The position numbers were made by a program, and so were the translations under genes. A stretch of 64,000 nucleotides of DNA from Candidatus Micrarchaeota archaeon (GTDB taxonomy: Archaea; Micrarchaeota; Micrarchaeia; Micrarchaeales; CABMGC01). Shown piece after piece: positions 53,835 to 63,754 of this stretch (the first letter of the stretch is position 1; each line of letters starts with the position of its first letter). Below the pieces are notes generated by a model, which did no database searches, was not told where the DNA came from, and was given only the letters and a program-made list of their open reading frames with translations. The DNA lies in contig JAJZND010000011.1 in NCBI GenBank assembly GCA_021848025.1, positions 16,664 to 80,663 on the forward strand, read 5' to 3'.

Positions 53835-54944
53835 GTGTCTAAGGTATCTACAAATTTGGTTCCTATACATTGGGATGATTCTAAAGGAGAGATATTATGG
53901 CTTGACAATTCGAAGATTCCGTGGAAGGAAGTTAGCGTATCATCGAAGAATCTGGCAAGGCTGATAAAAGCGATACAGGCGCTGGAGATAAGGGGTGCGC
54001 CGATACTGGGAGAAGCCGGAGCATACGGAACTGCCATGATAGCAAACAACTCTCCCGATTCCAGGGAGAGAATCCTCAAAAACGTCATGGAGCATGGAGC
54101 CAGATTAGCAGCAGCCAGGCCGACCGCAGTTAATCTCAGCTGGGGAGTCCGGCAGATACAGAATGTAGTAAAGAAAGAATACGATAGCGGCGCAGCTCCA
54201 GCTGAGATTAAAAAAGCAGCTATAGAAGCCGCCAAGAAGATACAACGGGAGAACATCGAAGCAACTTACAGGATAGGGGAGCATGGAAAAAGGTTGATTC
54301 ATGATGGTGATGTACTTGTAACCATCTGCAACGCAGGAACTCTTGCCTGCGACGGGCTCGGAACTTCAACGGCCCCTATGAGAGCAGCCTATGCAGATGG
54401 TATAAAGTTCAGGGTGCTTGCCACGTATACGGCTCCGCTGTACCAGGGAGCACGCCTGACAGCATGGGAACTGCATAAAGATGGCATACCTGTGCAGGTT
54501 ATAACTGACAATATGGCAGGGCATCTCATGCGTGAAGAGAAAGCTACCGCAGTCTGGGCCGGGGCGGACAGGATCCTTGGAAACTTCACAAAGGAAAGCG
54601 GGTCGGTCTATAACAAGATAGGCACATTCGGTCTTGCTATGATGGCTCGCGAATTGCATATGAAAATGTACGTTGCTGCCCCTACCTCAACTATCGATCC
54701 AGAGCACGCTGTAAAAGATATAAAGATAGAGCAGAGGAGGCCAGAAGAGGTGGAAACGCTTCTTAACGGCACCACTATTGTCCCTGAAGGAGTAGGGGTA
54801 CTGAATCCTGCATTTGACAGAACACCACCGGAATATGTCTCGGCAATAATAACGGAATTGGGAATAGCGGCGGCTCCTTATGATGCATCGATACCACAAC
54901 TGCTTGAGCTCCCAGGCAGCATGGTAAGATTTTCTACTAAATAG
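53835..54944 (+). CDS. mtnA: methylthioribose-1-phosphate isomerase (eIF-2B alpha/beta/delta family)
   Basis: IRGAPILG, ARPTAVNL, ICNAGTLA, QGARLTAWEL, GADRI and NKIGTFGLAMMA...YVAAPTSTID. GTG start directly after the upstream stop. Confidence 0.85.
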   Translation: MSKVSTNLVPIHWDDSKGEILWLDNSKIPWKEVSVSSKNLARLIKAIQALEIRGAPILGEAGAYGTAMIANNSPDSRERILKNVMEHGARLAAARPTAVNLSWGVRQIQNVVKKEYDSGAAPAEIKKAAIEAAKKIQRENIEATYRIGEHGKRLIHDGDVLVTICNAGTLACDGLGTSTAPMRAAYADGIKFRVLATYTAPLYQGARLTAWELHKDGIPVQVITDNMAGHLMREEKATAVWAGADRILGNFTKESGSVYNKIGTFGLAMMARELHMKMYVAAPTSTIDPEHAVKDIKIEQRRPEEVETLLNGTTIVPEGVGVLNPAFDRTPPEYVSAIITELGIAAAPYDASIPQLLELPGSMVRFSTK

Positions 54945-55061
54945 CCTTATGCAACTATCTTTCGTTCAATTTTCTTGCCCATATGGCACATATGCACATG
55001 GCCGGCGCAAGTATTAAATAGGAGAAAACGCACTTAAATATAACTGATACTACCAATAATC

Positions 55062-56000
55062 ATGGTAGCCCAATGTGAGAAATTGAAATATCTCAGTGAA
55101 AACAGGACAGTGCTCGAAAGCAAGAAGCATAACGAAGAGCGGGCAAAAGTAGCGGTAGTCAGCAAGATGTTTCCTGGCGCACTGTTTATAGGAAGCTCCG
55201 GCATACAGGCGCTGCTCCGGGACAGGAATGACTGGGTCATCGCAAACCAGATAGATACCACTAAGGATGCTGACATAGTTATGCGCAGCGGCAGTCTTAA
55301 TGGAATTGCATCCAGTATGGGCGCTACCCCTAGTGAGATTTCTTTAATAGAGACAAGGCGCATTTCTTTCGGATCACTTGGAATCACAGACAAGACGGTA
55401 GAAGTTCCTTTCAAACTTGTTAGGCTAGCTAGCGAATATGTGCCAGTCCAGCAGGTCTTTGACAATGTTGACATATTCACACCGAAGACAGGGGTAGGTC
55501 CGATACCGATCACAGAGGAAGTTTTTGGATCTGCCACTGCTGTGAAGTTCAATGAGATAAACGTGAAGGTAGCACCAATGTTCTTCTTATTTGCTAGCCA
55601 GGCGAATCCTCTTGCACTGACAGAAAAAAGGCTGAATAGACTCTCATTTGTACTTTTTCAATTCTATGGTGAAAACGGAAGGGAATCATACGAAAAAGAA
55701 ATGAAGAAATCAGTAGATTACATAAGCTTAGGATCAGAAAATGTTGCGAGGGAATTAGACGCCAATCCTTCCCTGCGCAGAGTAAAAGAATTAAAGGATA
55801 TGACAGACTACGATGGCAGAGTCAGAAGGATTCCTGACAGGATTCAACAGAAAAGGAAATACTTCGAACGCAGCGCAGCGCTTGTCGGGCTTGACTCTGC
55901 AGATGCAAAGGCAGTAGTAGAAATTGTGTCTGATCTGCTTAGTGCATTTAGAAAAGGCGCTCCATCAGTGCAGGAAGTACCAAATATCGCGGCAGTATAG
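55062..56000 (+). CDS. hypothetical protein
   Basis: 312 aa. Weak nucleotidyltransferase-like look (FIGSSGIQALL...DADIVM), which I do not consider sufficient. Confidence 0.5.
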   Translation: MVAQCEKLKYLSENRTVLESKKHNEERAKVAVVSKMFPGALFIGSSGIQALLRDRNDWVIANQIDTTKDADIVMRSGSLNGIASSMGATPSEISLIETRRISFGSLGITDKTVEVPFKLVRLASEYVPVQQVFDNVDIFTPKTGVGPIPITEEVFGSATAVKFNEINVKVAPMFFLFASQANPLALTEKRLNRLSFVLFQFYGENGRESYEKEMKKSVDYISLGSENVARELDANPSLRRVKELKDMTDYDGRVRRIPDRIQQKRKYFERSAALVGLDSADAKAVVEIVSDLLSAFRKGAPSVQEVPNIAAV

Positions 56001-56079
56001 CAGGTTAGCCCTTTAAAAGAAAAGAGGGCAAGAAAAATAATAATAGGATAAGTTCAAATTTGGTTAAAAAGTATTTAGC

Positions 56080-56559
56080 CTATATTTTCTTCAATGCCTC
56101 TTCTATCTCACCATATCTCGGCTCGACCGTAGGGTCGTCGCTCACCCACTTGTACTTTATTGTGCCTTTTGAGTCTGCGATAAATACAGATCTCTTCGCA
56201 GCAGTGTAGCCTTTCAGGTTAGCGAAATTGTTCAATTCTATTCCGAATGCCTTTACTGCATCCTTCCTGTAATCGCTTAGAATTGGGAAGTTTAGGCCAT
56301 TATGGTCCTTGAAGCCTTTGTTCGCGAAGGGACTGTCCACGCTTATTGCATATACACGCCCGTTCAGCGAGTTGAACTTTTCCATGCTATCCCTGAACGT
56401 GCAGAGTTCCTTTGTGCAGACTCCAGTGAATGCGCCTGGAAAGAATGCCAGTATTGTTGCCTTTCCTTTGGAAGCCTCTGCGAGGTCTACTTGCTTTAGT
56501 TCAGTGTCTACCAGGCTTATCTTTGGTACCGCGTTTCCGATTTCCACCATTCTTAACAC
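56080..56559 (-). CDS. peroxiredoxin (AhpC/TSA - Bcp/Prx-like)
   Basis: Peroxidatic Cys motif FFPGAFTGVCTKELC. Thioredoxin-fold size of 159 aa. Confidence 0.85.
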   Translation of the reverse strand: MLRMVEIGNAVPKISLVDTELKQVDLAEASKGKATILAFFPGAFTGVCTKELCTFRDSMEKFNSLNGRVYAISVDSPFANKGFKDHNGLNFPILSDYRKDAVKAFGIELNNFANLKGYTAAKRSVFIADSKGTIKYKWVSDDPTVEPRYGEIEEALKKI

Positions 56560-56605
56560 CAGTTTATATTGGGAAAAGAAGGTATAAAAGGCTGCAATAT
56601 AAAAA

Positions 56606-56818
56606 TTATCTCCGCTGCGCTTTTTGCATGCTATCCCTGAGCTCTGTAAGTCCGCGATGCAGCTCTTTCAAGAGCGCATTCTTCTGCTCACGGTTGCGTG
56701 CACCTTCATCAATTTTTCTGGCCATCTCGCGCATAGCGTTGCGCACAATGGCAGAATTTCTGACATACTCAGGATTATTGCGATAACTGTGTTTGTTTGC
56801 CATTTCAATCAACCCCAA
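56606..56818 (-). CDS. small hypothetical helical protein
   Basis: 70 aa, basic and helical. No motif. Confidence 0.4.
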   Translation of the reverse strand: MGLIEMANKHSYRNNPEYVRNSAIVRNAMREMARKIDEGARNREQKNALLKELHRGLTELRDSMQKAQRR

Positions 56819-56964
56819 TTATGAATTAAGACCAAATGCTTCGCTCTTGCTGCCTTACTTAGTGATTGCATGATTAAAATTTGGTTGTTATGATTTAAAA
56901 GGCTACGCACAAAACTTTAAAAGGCAAGATAAAATAGCTTAAAATTTCGTTTCTGATCTGTTAT

Positions 56965-58047
56965 TTATTCCTTTGCCCATTGTGCAAGTTCCCCGATTAT
57001 TATATATCTTGCTTTTCCGAGTTCTTCTATATTCTTCGAGCCTGTAAGGAACATTGTGGCCTTTAGTCCATTTATCACGCTTTCCAGGTACATTCTGGCG
57101 CTTTTGCTTGAGTCGCTTGCGGGCCCGAGAAGCGGCTTTGCCATTGCACAGAGCGAAGCTCCGAGAGCTATCGACTTGGCGACCTCCAATCCGTTGCGCA
57201 GGCCTCCAGAAGAGACAACCGGAATGCGTACTGAGCGCCTGACGTCTATAAGCGCAGCTGCCGTAGGTATGCCCCAGTCCCAGAAGAGCTTGCCAAGGAC
57301 TGCTTTCTCCCTGTTTCCGTATTCTATTGCACGGTAGTACTCCACAGCGGAGTAACTGGTGCCTCCTGTGCCTGCAACTTCGACTGCGCTCACTCCTGCA
57401 GCTTCAAGTTTCTTTGCCACCTCCCCTGAAATACCGCATCCCACCTCCTTCGCAACAACAGGCTTATCTACACTTTCAGCAAGCTCACCTATTCTTGACA
57501 GGACATTTGCATACGTCGGATCGCCTTCCGGCTGAACTATCTCCTGGGTAGGATTCAGATGAACATAGAGTGCATCTGCTTTGAGCATTTCTACAAGGCT
57601 TTTGGCATCATGCATGCTCAGCCCTTTAGAAAGCTGGGCAGCCCCAATATTTGCGCCTAAGAAGATGGATGGACCATGCTTTCTCGCTATGGAATACGTT
57701 TCTTCCAGGATCTTGTCGTAAAGAGCGGCACGCTGGCTTCCAACCACCATGCCCAAGCCTAGCTCCTCGCATGCCTCGGCGAGATTCTTGTTAATCTTCT
57801 TGGCCAGCTCAGCGCCGCCAGTCATTGCGCCGACCATTATCGGAGCCGAGAATTTATGGCCTAAAAAATTCACAGATGTGTCAATCTCATCAAAGTTTAT
57901 TTCCGGCAGGGAATTATTTACGAGCCTGACATCCTCAAACAAGGTGCTTACTACTTTGGATTCTACGTTCTTCTCAAGGCAGATGTGGATATGCTCTTCT
58001 TTCCTTTTCATTATCTCCTTTATTTTCGCCTCCTTGGACTTCTCCAT
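56965..58047 (-). CDS. fni: isopentenyl-diphosphate delta-isomerase, type 2 (FMN-dependent)
   Basis: N-terminal RKEEHIHICL. TIM-barrel FMN motifs VGSQR, VAKEVGCGIS and SSGGLRNGLEVAKSIALGAS. Confidence 0.88.
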   Translation of the reverse strand: MEKSKEAKIKEIMKRKEEHIHICLEKNVESKVVSTLFEDVRLVNNSLPEINFDEIDTSVNFLGHKFSAPIMVGAMTGGAELAKKINKNLAEACEELGLGMVVGSQRAALYDKILEETYSIARKHGPSIFLGANIGAAQLSKGLSMHDAKSLVEMLKADALYVHLNPTQEIVQPEGDPTYANVLSRIGELAESVDKPVVAKEVGCGISGEVAKKLEAAGVSAVEVAGTGGTSYSAVEYYRAIEYGNREKAVLGKLFWDWGIPTAAALIDVRRSVRIPVVSSGGLRNGLEVAKSIALGASLCAMAKPLLGPASDSSKSARMYLESVINGLKATMFLTGSKNIEELGKARYIIIGELAQWAKE

Positions 58048-58206
58048 CGCTGCACCGATGAATTTATATCAGACATATTCTAAAAAGGTATCTGAATACT
58101 CGCTTGTGAAGTGGTTGGGAAAGCTCATGCTTCGTATCACATTACACCAAGATTACCCATATTTATTTATTAATAAGCATCTTGTTTCTCTTTAGAAGGT
58201 AAGGCG

Positions 58207-59277
58207 ATGTTTAGCAAGATATATTCAACGGAGATAAACTACCTCCAAGTACTCGATGAGAATGGAGAACTTGACAAAACGTTGCTTCCTGCGGGAATCG
58301 ATAATAACATGCTAATTGAAATGTACAAAGGCATGTCTCTCGCTCGTGCTTTTGATGCCAAGGTCCTGAGCCTGCAGCGCCAGGGCAGGGCGGTCACGTA
58401 TGCGCCTCTTCTAGGAGAGGAAGCCACACAGATTGGCAGTGCAATGGCAATGAGGAAGAATGACCTCTTCGTGCCTGCCTTCAGGCAACACGCTGTTTAC
58501 ATAGCGAGAGGAACACCGCTGCATCTTCTCTTCCTTTACTGGAAAGGGTACGAAGAAGGCGATGTTATCCCGAATGAGGTAGGCGGCACCCCAATAATAG
58601 TTCCTGTCTCAACCCAGTTGCCGCATGCTGCAGGCATTGCCTTTGCACAAAAATATAAAGGCACAGGCAATTCAGTTGTGACATATGTCGGAGATGGCGG
58701 AACTTCCGAGGGCGACTTCTATGAAGCTCTTAATTTTGCAGGGGTATGGAAAATCCCCCTAATCGTAATAATAGAAAATAACGGATGGGCAATTTCTATA
58801 CCTAGATCTAAACAGACAGCAGCAAAAACTCTCGCCCAAAAGGCCGTAGAAGCAGGAATAAATGCAATACAAGTAGATGGGAATGATGTTTTAGGAGTAT
58901 ACAAGGCAACTCGTGACGCGATAGAAAATTCGGCACAAGGGCCTACTGTGATAGAATGCCTTACTTATAGAATGGGGCTCCATACAACTGCGGACGATCC
59001 CACAAAGTACAGGAGCGATGCAGATTTAGAGGAATGGAAAAAGAAGGATCCGCTGTTGCGCCTGAAAACTTATCTTGTGAAAAACAATCTCTGGGACGAT
59101 GGGAAAGAAAAGAAGATGACGGATGAGCAGGCAGGGAGAATAGACAAAGCTGTTGAAGAGGCAGAGAAGTTTGTGCCGGATCCTAAGAGCATGTTCGAGC
59201 ATGTTTACAGCTTTATGCCCGAAATTCTAAAGCAGGAGCTCGATGAATCGGAAGCAGCAGGTTTCTGGCAGGGGTAG
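58207..59277 (+). CDS. pdhA: 2-oxoacid (pyruvate/branched-chain) dehydrogenase E1 component, alpha subunit
   Basis: TPP-binding motif GDGGTSEGDFYEALNFAGVWKIPLIVIIENNGWAIS. Confidence 0.9.
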   Translation: MFSKIYSTEINYLQVLDENGELDKTLLPAGIDNNMLIEMYKGMSLARAFDAKVLSLQRQGRAVTYAPLLGEEATQIGSAMAMRKNDLFVPAFRQHAVYIARGTPLHLLFLYWKGYEEGDVIPNEVGGTPIIVPVSTQLPHAAGIAFAQKYKGTGNSVVTYVGDGGTSEGDFYEALNFAGVWKIPLIVIIENNGWAISIPRSKQTAAKTLAQKAVEAGINAIQVDGNDVLGVYKATRDAIENSAQGPTVIECLTYRMGLHTTADDPTKYRSDADLEEWKKKDPLLRLKTYLVKNNLWDDGKEKKMTDEQAGRIDKAVEEAEKFVPDPKSMFEHVYSFMPEILKQELDESEAAGFWQG

Positions 59278-60249
59278 ATGCAGATGATGGCGAACATGGT
59301 AAATGCAATAAACGGCGCGCTTGAGACCAGCATGAAAGAGAATGAAAACGTGGTACTGCTCGGGGAAGACATTGGAAGAGATGGAGGCGTCTTCAGGGTT
59401 ACCGAGGGTCTCCTGGACAAATTTGGCGAAAAGAGGGTAATAGATACGCCTCTGGCAGAGTCGGGCATAGCCGGAACGGCCATAGGGATGGCACTTGCCG
59501 GTCTTCATCCAATACCGGAGATGCAGTTTGCAGGATTTATGTTCCTGGCATTCAGCCAGCTCATAAACCACGCTTCTAGATATAGAAGCAGGACAAGGTC
59601 TGCACTCAAAGTTCCAATGGTAGTAAGGACGCCGGTAAGCGGAGGGGTAAGGACCCTCGAGCATCATTCTGAGAGCCCCGAAGCTTATTATTCGCACATG
59701 GGTGGCTTAATAGTCGTAGAGCCCTCTACCCCTTACGATGCCAAAGGCCTTATGATTAAAGCAGCGAGAATGGAGGATCCTGTAATCTTCCTCGAACCGA
59801 CAAAACTCTACAGGCTTTTCAAGCAGGAAGTGCCTGATGAGCCTTACGAGATTGAGATAGGAAAAGCACGTGAAGTAAGCTCCGGAGATAAGCTATCAAT
59901 AATCACATACGGAACAATGGTGCCTCTTGTAAGCGAGGTGGTAAAGAAGAGGGGTATAAGCGCAGACATAATAGACCTGCGGACCATAAATCCGCTCGAT
60001 GAGAAAGCGATAATTGACAGCGCAAAGAAGACCGGAAGAGTGCTGATAGTTCATGAGGCATCGTTAAGCTTCGGCGTCGGCGCAGAGGTGGCTGCAAGAG
60101 TTGCAGAGAAGGCCATATATGAACTGCAGGCTCCTGTGATAAGAGTCGCTTCCAATAGCTTTCCCTATCCATTCCCGGGCTACGAAAAGTATTATATTCC
60201 AAATGAGCTGAAGGTATCTAAGGCAATAGATCGATTGCTAAATTCGTGA
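59278..60249 (+). CDS. pdhB: 2-oxoacid dehydrogenase E1 component, beta subunit
   Basis: Transketolase-like pyrimidine-binding and C-terminal domains (RVIDTPLAESGIAGTAIGMA, DLRTINPLD). Start abuts the E1-alpha stop. Confidence 0.9.
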   Translation: MQMMANMVNAINGALETSMKENENVVLLGEDIGRDGGVFRVTEGLLDKFGEKRVIDTPLAESGIAGTAIGMALAGLHPIPEMQFAGFMFLAFSQLINHASRYRSRTRSALKVPMVVRTPVSGGVRTLEHHSESPEAYYSHMGGLIVVEPSTPYDAKGLMIKAARMEDPVIFLEPTKLYRLFKQEVPDEPYEIEIGKAREVSSGDKLSIITYGTMVPLVSEVVKKRGISADIIDLRTINPLDEKAIIDSAKKTGRVLIVHEASLSFGVGAEVAARVAEKAIYELQAPVIRVASNSFPYPFPGYEKYYIPNELKVSKAIDRLLNS

Positions 60250-60253
60250 ATTA

Positions 60254-61498
60254 ATGAAAGAGCTAAAGTTTGTAGATGTAGGGGAGGGTATAACTGAGGG
60301 GAAGGTGCAGAAGTGGCTGGTCAGCGACGGAGAAAGTGTTAAGGAGGATCAGCCAATAGTTCAGATAGAGACGGATAAGGCGGTTGTAAATATACCATCC
60401 CCTGTTTCGGGGCAGGTCAAGATAAGCGTTCATGAGGGAGATACAGTAAAGGTTGGGGATACCCTTGCATTGCTAGGCAGTGCAGGCGAGTTAAGCTCTT
60501 CTTCGAATGCGCAGAAAAGTGCAGCAAAACCAGTTGGAGCTGGAGCCGGAACACAGGATAAAACTGGTGACCAAACACCGCAAAGAGAGAGCATCGGCGC
60601 AGCGGAGATAATAGCCACCCCTGCAGTAAGAAAGCTGGCTCGCGAGCTTGACGTGGACCTGGGCAGTATAAAGGGCACAGGGCCCGGAGGAAGGATACTA
60701 GAAAACGATCTCAGGATCTCTGCGAGGGAGGCACAGCAGGGCGGACAGAAAAAAGCCATACCTAAATTCTCTGAACTGCTTGAGGAAGAGCATGGAGAGG
60801 ATGTAGAGCGCATACCTATGTCACAAACCCGCAAAGCCATAGCAAGAAACATGGAGCTTTCATGGACCATACCGCGGGCAACGCACATGGACCTGATAAA
60901 TGCCACAAAGCTCGTTGAGCTGGTCACAGGAGAGAAGGAGAAGATGGAAAAAAGCGGGATAAAACTTACGTTCCTTCCTTTCATAATAAAAGCATGCGTG
61001 GAAGCACTAAAGCAGTATCCGCGTTTCAATTCAAGCTACGACCATGAGAAATATGAGATAATAGTGAAAAAGTATTATAATATAGGGATAGCTGCTGAAG
61101 GCCCTGACGGTCTCAAGGTTGTTGTAATAAAGGATGCCGACAAGAAGACGATAAAGCAGATTGCGAAGGAGCTGCAGGAGATTGGGAAGAAGGTAAGCGA
61201 ACAGACTGTGAGCTTGGATGAGATGAGGGACTCTACGTTTACCATAACAAACATAGGCAGCCTTGGCGGAGGCTTCCTCTCAGTACCCATGATAAATTAT
61301 CCTGAAGTAGCGATACTTGGCGTACATCTTATCAGGGACTGGCCGGCACCGGTAAACGGTTCGATCAAGGTAATAAAAATGCTGCCTTTCTCTCTTGTAT
61401 TTGATCATAGGGTCGTTGATGGCGCAGATGCAGTTAAGTTTGGCAATGCTTTCAAGGAATTTATCGAGGATCCTGAATTTCTCGAGCTGCTTGAATGA
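60254..61498 (+). CDS. pdhC: dihydrolipoamide acyltransferase (E2)
   Basis: Lipoyl domain with IETDKAVVNIPSP, a peripheral subunit-binding domain (ATPAVRKLARELDVDL) and the catalytic motif FDHRVVDGADA. Confidence 0.9.
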   Translation: MKELKFVDVGEGITEGKVQKWLVSDGESVKEDQPIVQIETDKAVVNIPSPVSGQVKISVHEGDTVKVGDTLALLGSAGELSSSSNAQKSAAKPVGAGAGTQDKTGDQTPQRESIGAAEIIATPAVRKLARELDVDLGSIKGTGPGGRILENDLRISAREAQQGGQKKAIPKFSELLEEEHGEDVERIPMSQTRKAIARNMELSWTIPRATHMDLINATKLVELVTGEKEKMEKSGIKLTFLPFIIKACVEALKQYPRFNSSYDHEKYEIIVKKYYNIGIAAEGPDGLKVVVIKDADKKTIKQIAKELQEIGKKVSEQTVSLDEMRDSTFTITNIGSLGGGFLSVPMINYPEVAILGVHLIRDWPAPVNGSIKVIKMLPFSLVFDHRVVDGADAVKFGNAFKEFIEDPEFLELLE

Positions 61499-61510
61499 AA
61501 ATATGATTAT

Positions 61511-62875
61511 ATGGTAATGGGGTCTTTGCCAGAAGAGGTGGATCTTGCAATAATCGGCGGAGGAGTCGGCGGCTATGTGGCTGCAATACGGGCAGCAGAG
61601 CTTGGCCTCTCTACGGCCTTGGTCGAGAAAGACAAGCTTGGCGGCCACTGCCTCAACTACGCATGCATACCATCAAAAACACTACTGCATATTGCAAATG
61701 TCTTTTACAACATTTCCAATTCTTCCAACTTCGGAATAACAGGAAGCGGGTCAGTTGACGCGAAGGCAATGTACAAGTGGCGCATGGATGTCTCCAAAAA
61801 GCTTGAAGACGGAGTTGCTTTTCTCTGCAGGCAGAATCAGGTAGAAGTAGTCAAGGGAACTGCCACTTTTGTTTCTTCTAATGAACTGCAGCTCACAAAC
61901 GGGACAAACCTGGAGTTCAAGAAAGCCATAATAGCAACAGGCTCTGTGCCGACGCCTCTGAAAGGATTTGAATTCGGCGGCAATATTATAGACTATAAGC
62001 GAGCTTTAATGCTTGATCATTTACCTAAAAGCATCTGTATCCTTGGGGCCGGATACGTTGCAGTTGAAACTGCAACTATATATGCAAAATTGGGAGTTGA
62101 GGTAAGCATAATAGCAAGATCCGACATACTCTCAAAATTCGACAAAGAGGCAGTAACGATTATAAAATCAAGGCTGCAGAAGCTTGGAGTAAAGATTTAC
62201 ACAGGAGTCACACCAGTGTCATATCTGGACAAGACCCTCCACCTGAGCGACGGTACCAACATCAATCCGGAATTGATTGTAGTCGCAATAGGCCTCTCCC
62301 CATATACGCAGGGCCTTGGCCTTGAGAATACGAAGGTAGCGAGCGATGAAAAAGGCTTTATAAAGACTGATTCGCAACTGCTCACTTCTGATCCGAACAT
62401 ACTTGCAATTGGAGATGTGATAGGTGAACCGCTTCTTGCGCACAAGGCCATGAGGCAGGGAGTTGTCGCTGCGGAGGTTGCAGCTGGACAAAAATCCGGA
62501 TTCGACAACATAGTGATACCAGCGGTAGTTTTTTCTGATCCGGAGATAGCAACTGCAGGAAAACTTTCCGGCGAAGGGATAGGTGTGAAGAAATTTCCGC
62601 TCACTGCGCTGGGCCGCGCCATAGCGCTTGGAGAAACTGAAGGTTTTGTCAAAATAGCGTATAATAGTGAGAAGATTGTTAAGGGAGTTGAGATAGTCTC
62701 TCCTGATGCGAATACCATGATTGCAGAGGCTGCTTTTGCGATAGAAACAGGCGCCACCCTCGAGGACATAGCAGACACAATACATGCGCACCCCACCTTC
62801 TCCGAGTCCATGCAGGAGGTTGCTGAAGCAGCACTGGGCAGGCCGATACATTTCTTCTACGGCAGGGGCAAGTGA
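61511..62875 (+). CDS. lpdA: dihydrolipoamide dehydrogenase (E3)
   Basis: FAD motif IGGGVGGYVAA, redox disulfide GGHCLNYACIPSK and C-terminal HAHPTFSE. Confidence 0.92.
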   Translation: MVMGSLPEEVDLAIIGGGVGGYVAAIRAAELGLSTALVEKDKLGGHCLNYACIPSKTLLHIANVFYNISNSSNFGITGSGSVDAKAMYKWRMDVSKKLEDGVAFLCRQNQVEVVKGTATFVSSNELQLTNGTNLEFKKAIIATGSVPTPLKGFEFGGNIIDYKRALMLDHLPKSICILGAGYVAVETATIYAKLGVEVSIIARSDILSKFDKEAVTIIKSRLQKLGVKIYTGVTPVSYLDKTLHLSDGTNINPELIVVAIGLSPYTQGLGLENTKVASDEKGFIKTDSQLLTSDPNILAIGDVIGEPLLAHKAMRQGVVAAEVAAGQKSGFDNIVIPAVVFSDPEIATAGKLSGEGIGVKKFPLTALGRAIALGETEGFVKIAYNSEKIVKGVEIVSPDANTMIAEAAFAIETGATLEDIADTIHAHPTFSESMQEVAEAALGRPIHFFYGRGK

Positions 62876-63639
62876 GCATGAAAATAAAACTTATAAAGAA
62901 GGCAGATTATCCTGGTACGGAAAAATTCGGGGAGAACTTTGAAATAGGAAAGACAGGGGAGATTTGCGTTGCGATAGGGGGAGACGGAACGTTCATAAAA
63001 GCCTCTAAGGAATTTGACGGCCCCATACTGCCGATAAGGTCGAAGGAAAAAGGCAGCATAGGCTATTACTCTGACTTATCGGTAGATGACATCGATTATG
63101 CCATAAGCATGCTCAAGAAGAAGAGGTACTTCATAGAAAGGTTGGGCAATAAGGTAGAGCTCACTTACAAAGGCAGGAGGATGTATCCTGTCAATGAAGT
63201 GGTTATGAACAACACCACTACAGAGGTAAGCTTCAAAGTGTATAGCTCAGACAGGAGAAAGAGGGAGGAAATATATCCGTTCGTGATGAGCGGCGATGGT
63301 GTGCTGGTGACAAGCTCGGTTGGTTCCACCGCTTACAACAAATCAGCGGGAGGGCCGATAATACTTAATCCTGATGTGCTCTGTATAACATTCCTGAATG
63401 TAGATGGGCCATATAGCAATCCGATTGTCGTAGGTGCAGATAAAATCATCGAGATAGAGGTAAGGAAGTCTAAAGGAATACTTAGCTACGATGGGACAAA
63501 GCTAGGCGTTCTGGCTGAAGGCGATACGTTCTCGGTCAAACTTTCAAAGAAGCCGATACAGGTAATAAGGTTCGGCGGGCGCAGAGAAGATTTCGGGGCA
63601 AAACTTGAACGTATAATACAGTCAAGGATGCAGAAATAG
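62872..63639 (+). CDS. nadK: NAD kinase
   Basis: GGDGTF and GDGVLVTSSVGSTAYNKSAGGP motifs. GTG 62872 overlaps the lpdA stop; the alternative start is ATG 62878. Confidence 0.88.
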   Translation: MSMKIKLIKKADYPGTEKFGENFEIGKTGEICVAIGGDGTFIKASKEFDGPILPIRSKEKGSIGYYSDLSVDDIDYAISMLKKKRYFIERLGNKVELTYKGRRMYPVNEVVMNNTTTEVSFKVYSSDRRKREEIYPFVMSGDGVLVTSSVGSTAYNKSAGGPIILNPDVLCITFLNVDGPYSNPIVVGADKIIEIEVRKSKGILSYDGTKLGVLAEGDTFSVKLSKKPIQVIRFGGRREDFGAKLERIIQSRMQK

Positions 63640-63754
63640 AAAGCTTTTCAATTGCGTATTGCATTGGCATTTTTGTGCTGGCTGTGCCATGTGCTCCAAC
63701 AGCCATGTCCATGGAAATCTATTTATTGCTTGCGAAGAAATAAGCATAGATTGG

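Noticed and set aside
55062-56000. Nucleotidyltransferase-fold assignment for the 312-aa ORF (GSSG...DADIV).
   Set aside because: The pattern is too short and loosely spaced to distinguish from chance without a profile search. The gene is left as hypothetical.
53831-62879. Long minus-strand ORFs inside mtnA, the 55062 gene, E2 and E3 (53831..54256, 55034..55552, 60430..61029, 62197..62811, 62219..62851).
   Set aside because: They lie antisense to well-supported genes. They are Ser/Thr/Leu/Cys/Arg-rich with no motifs.
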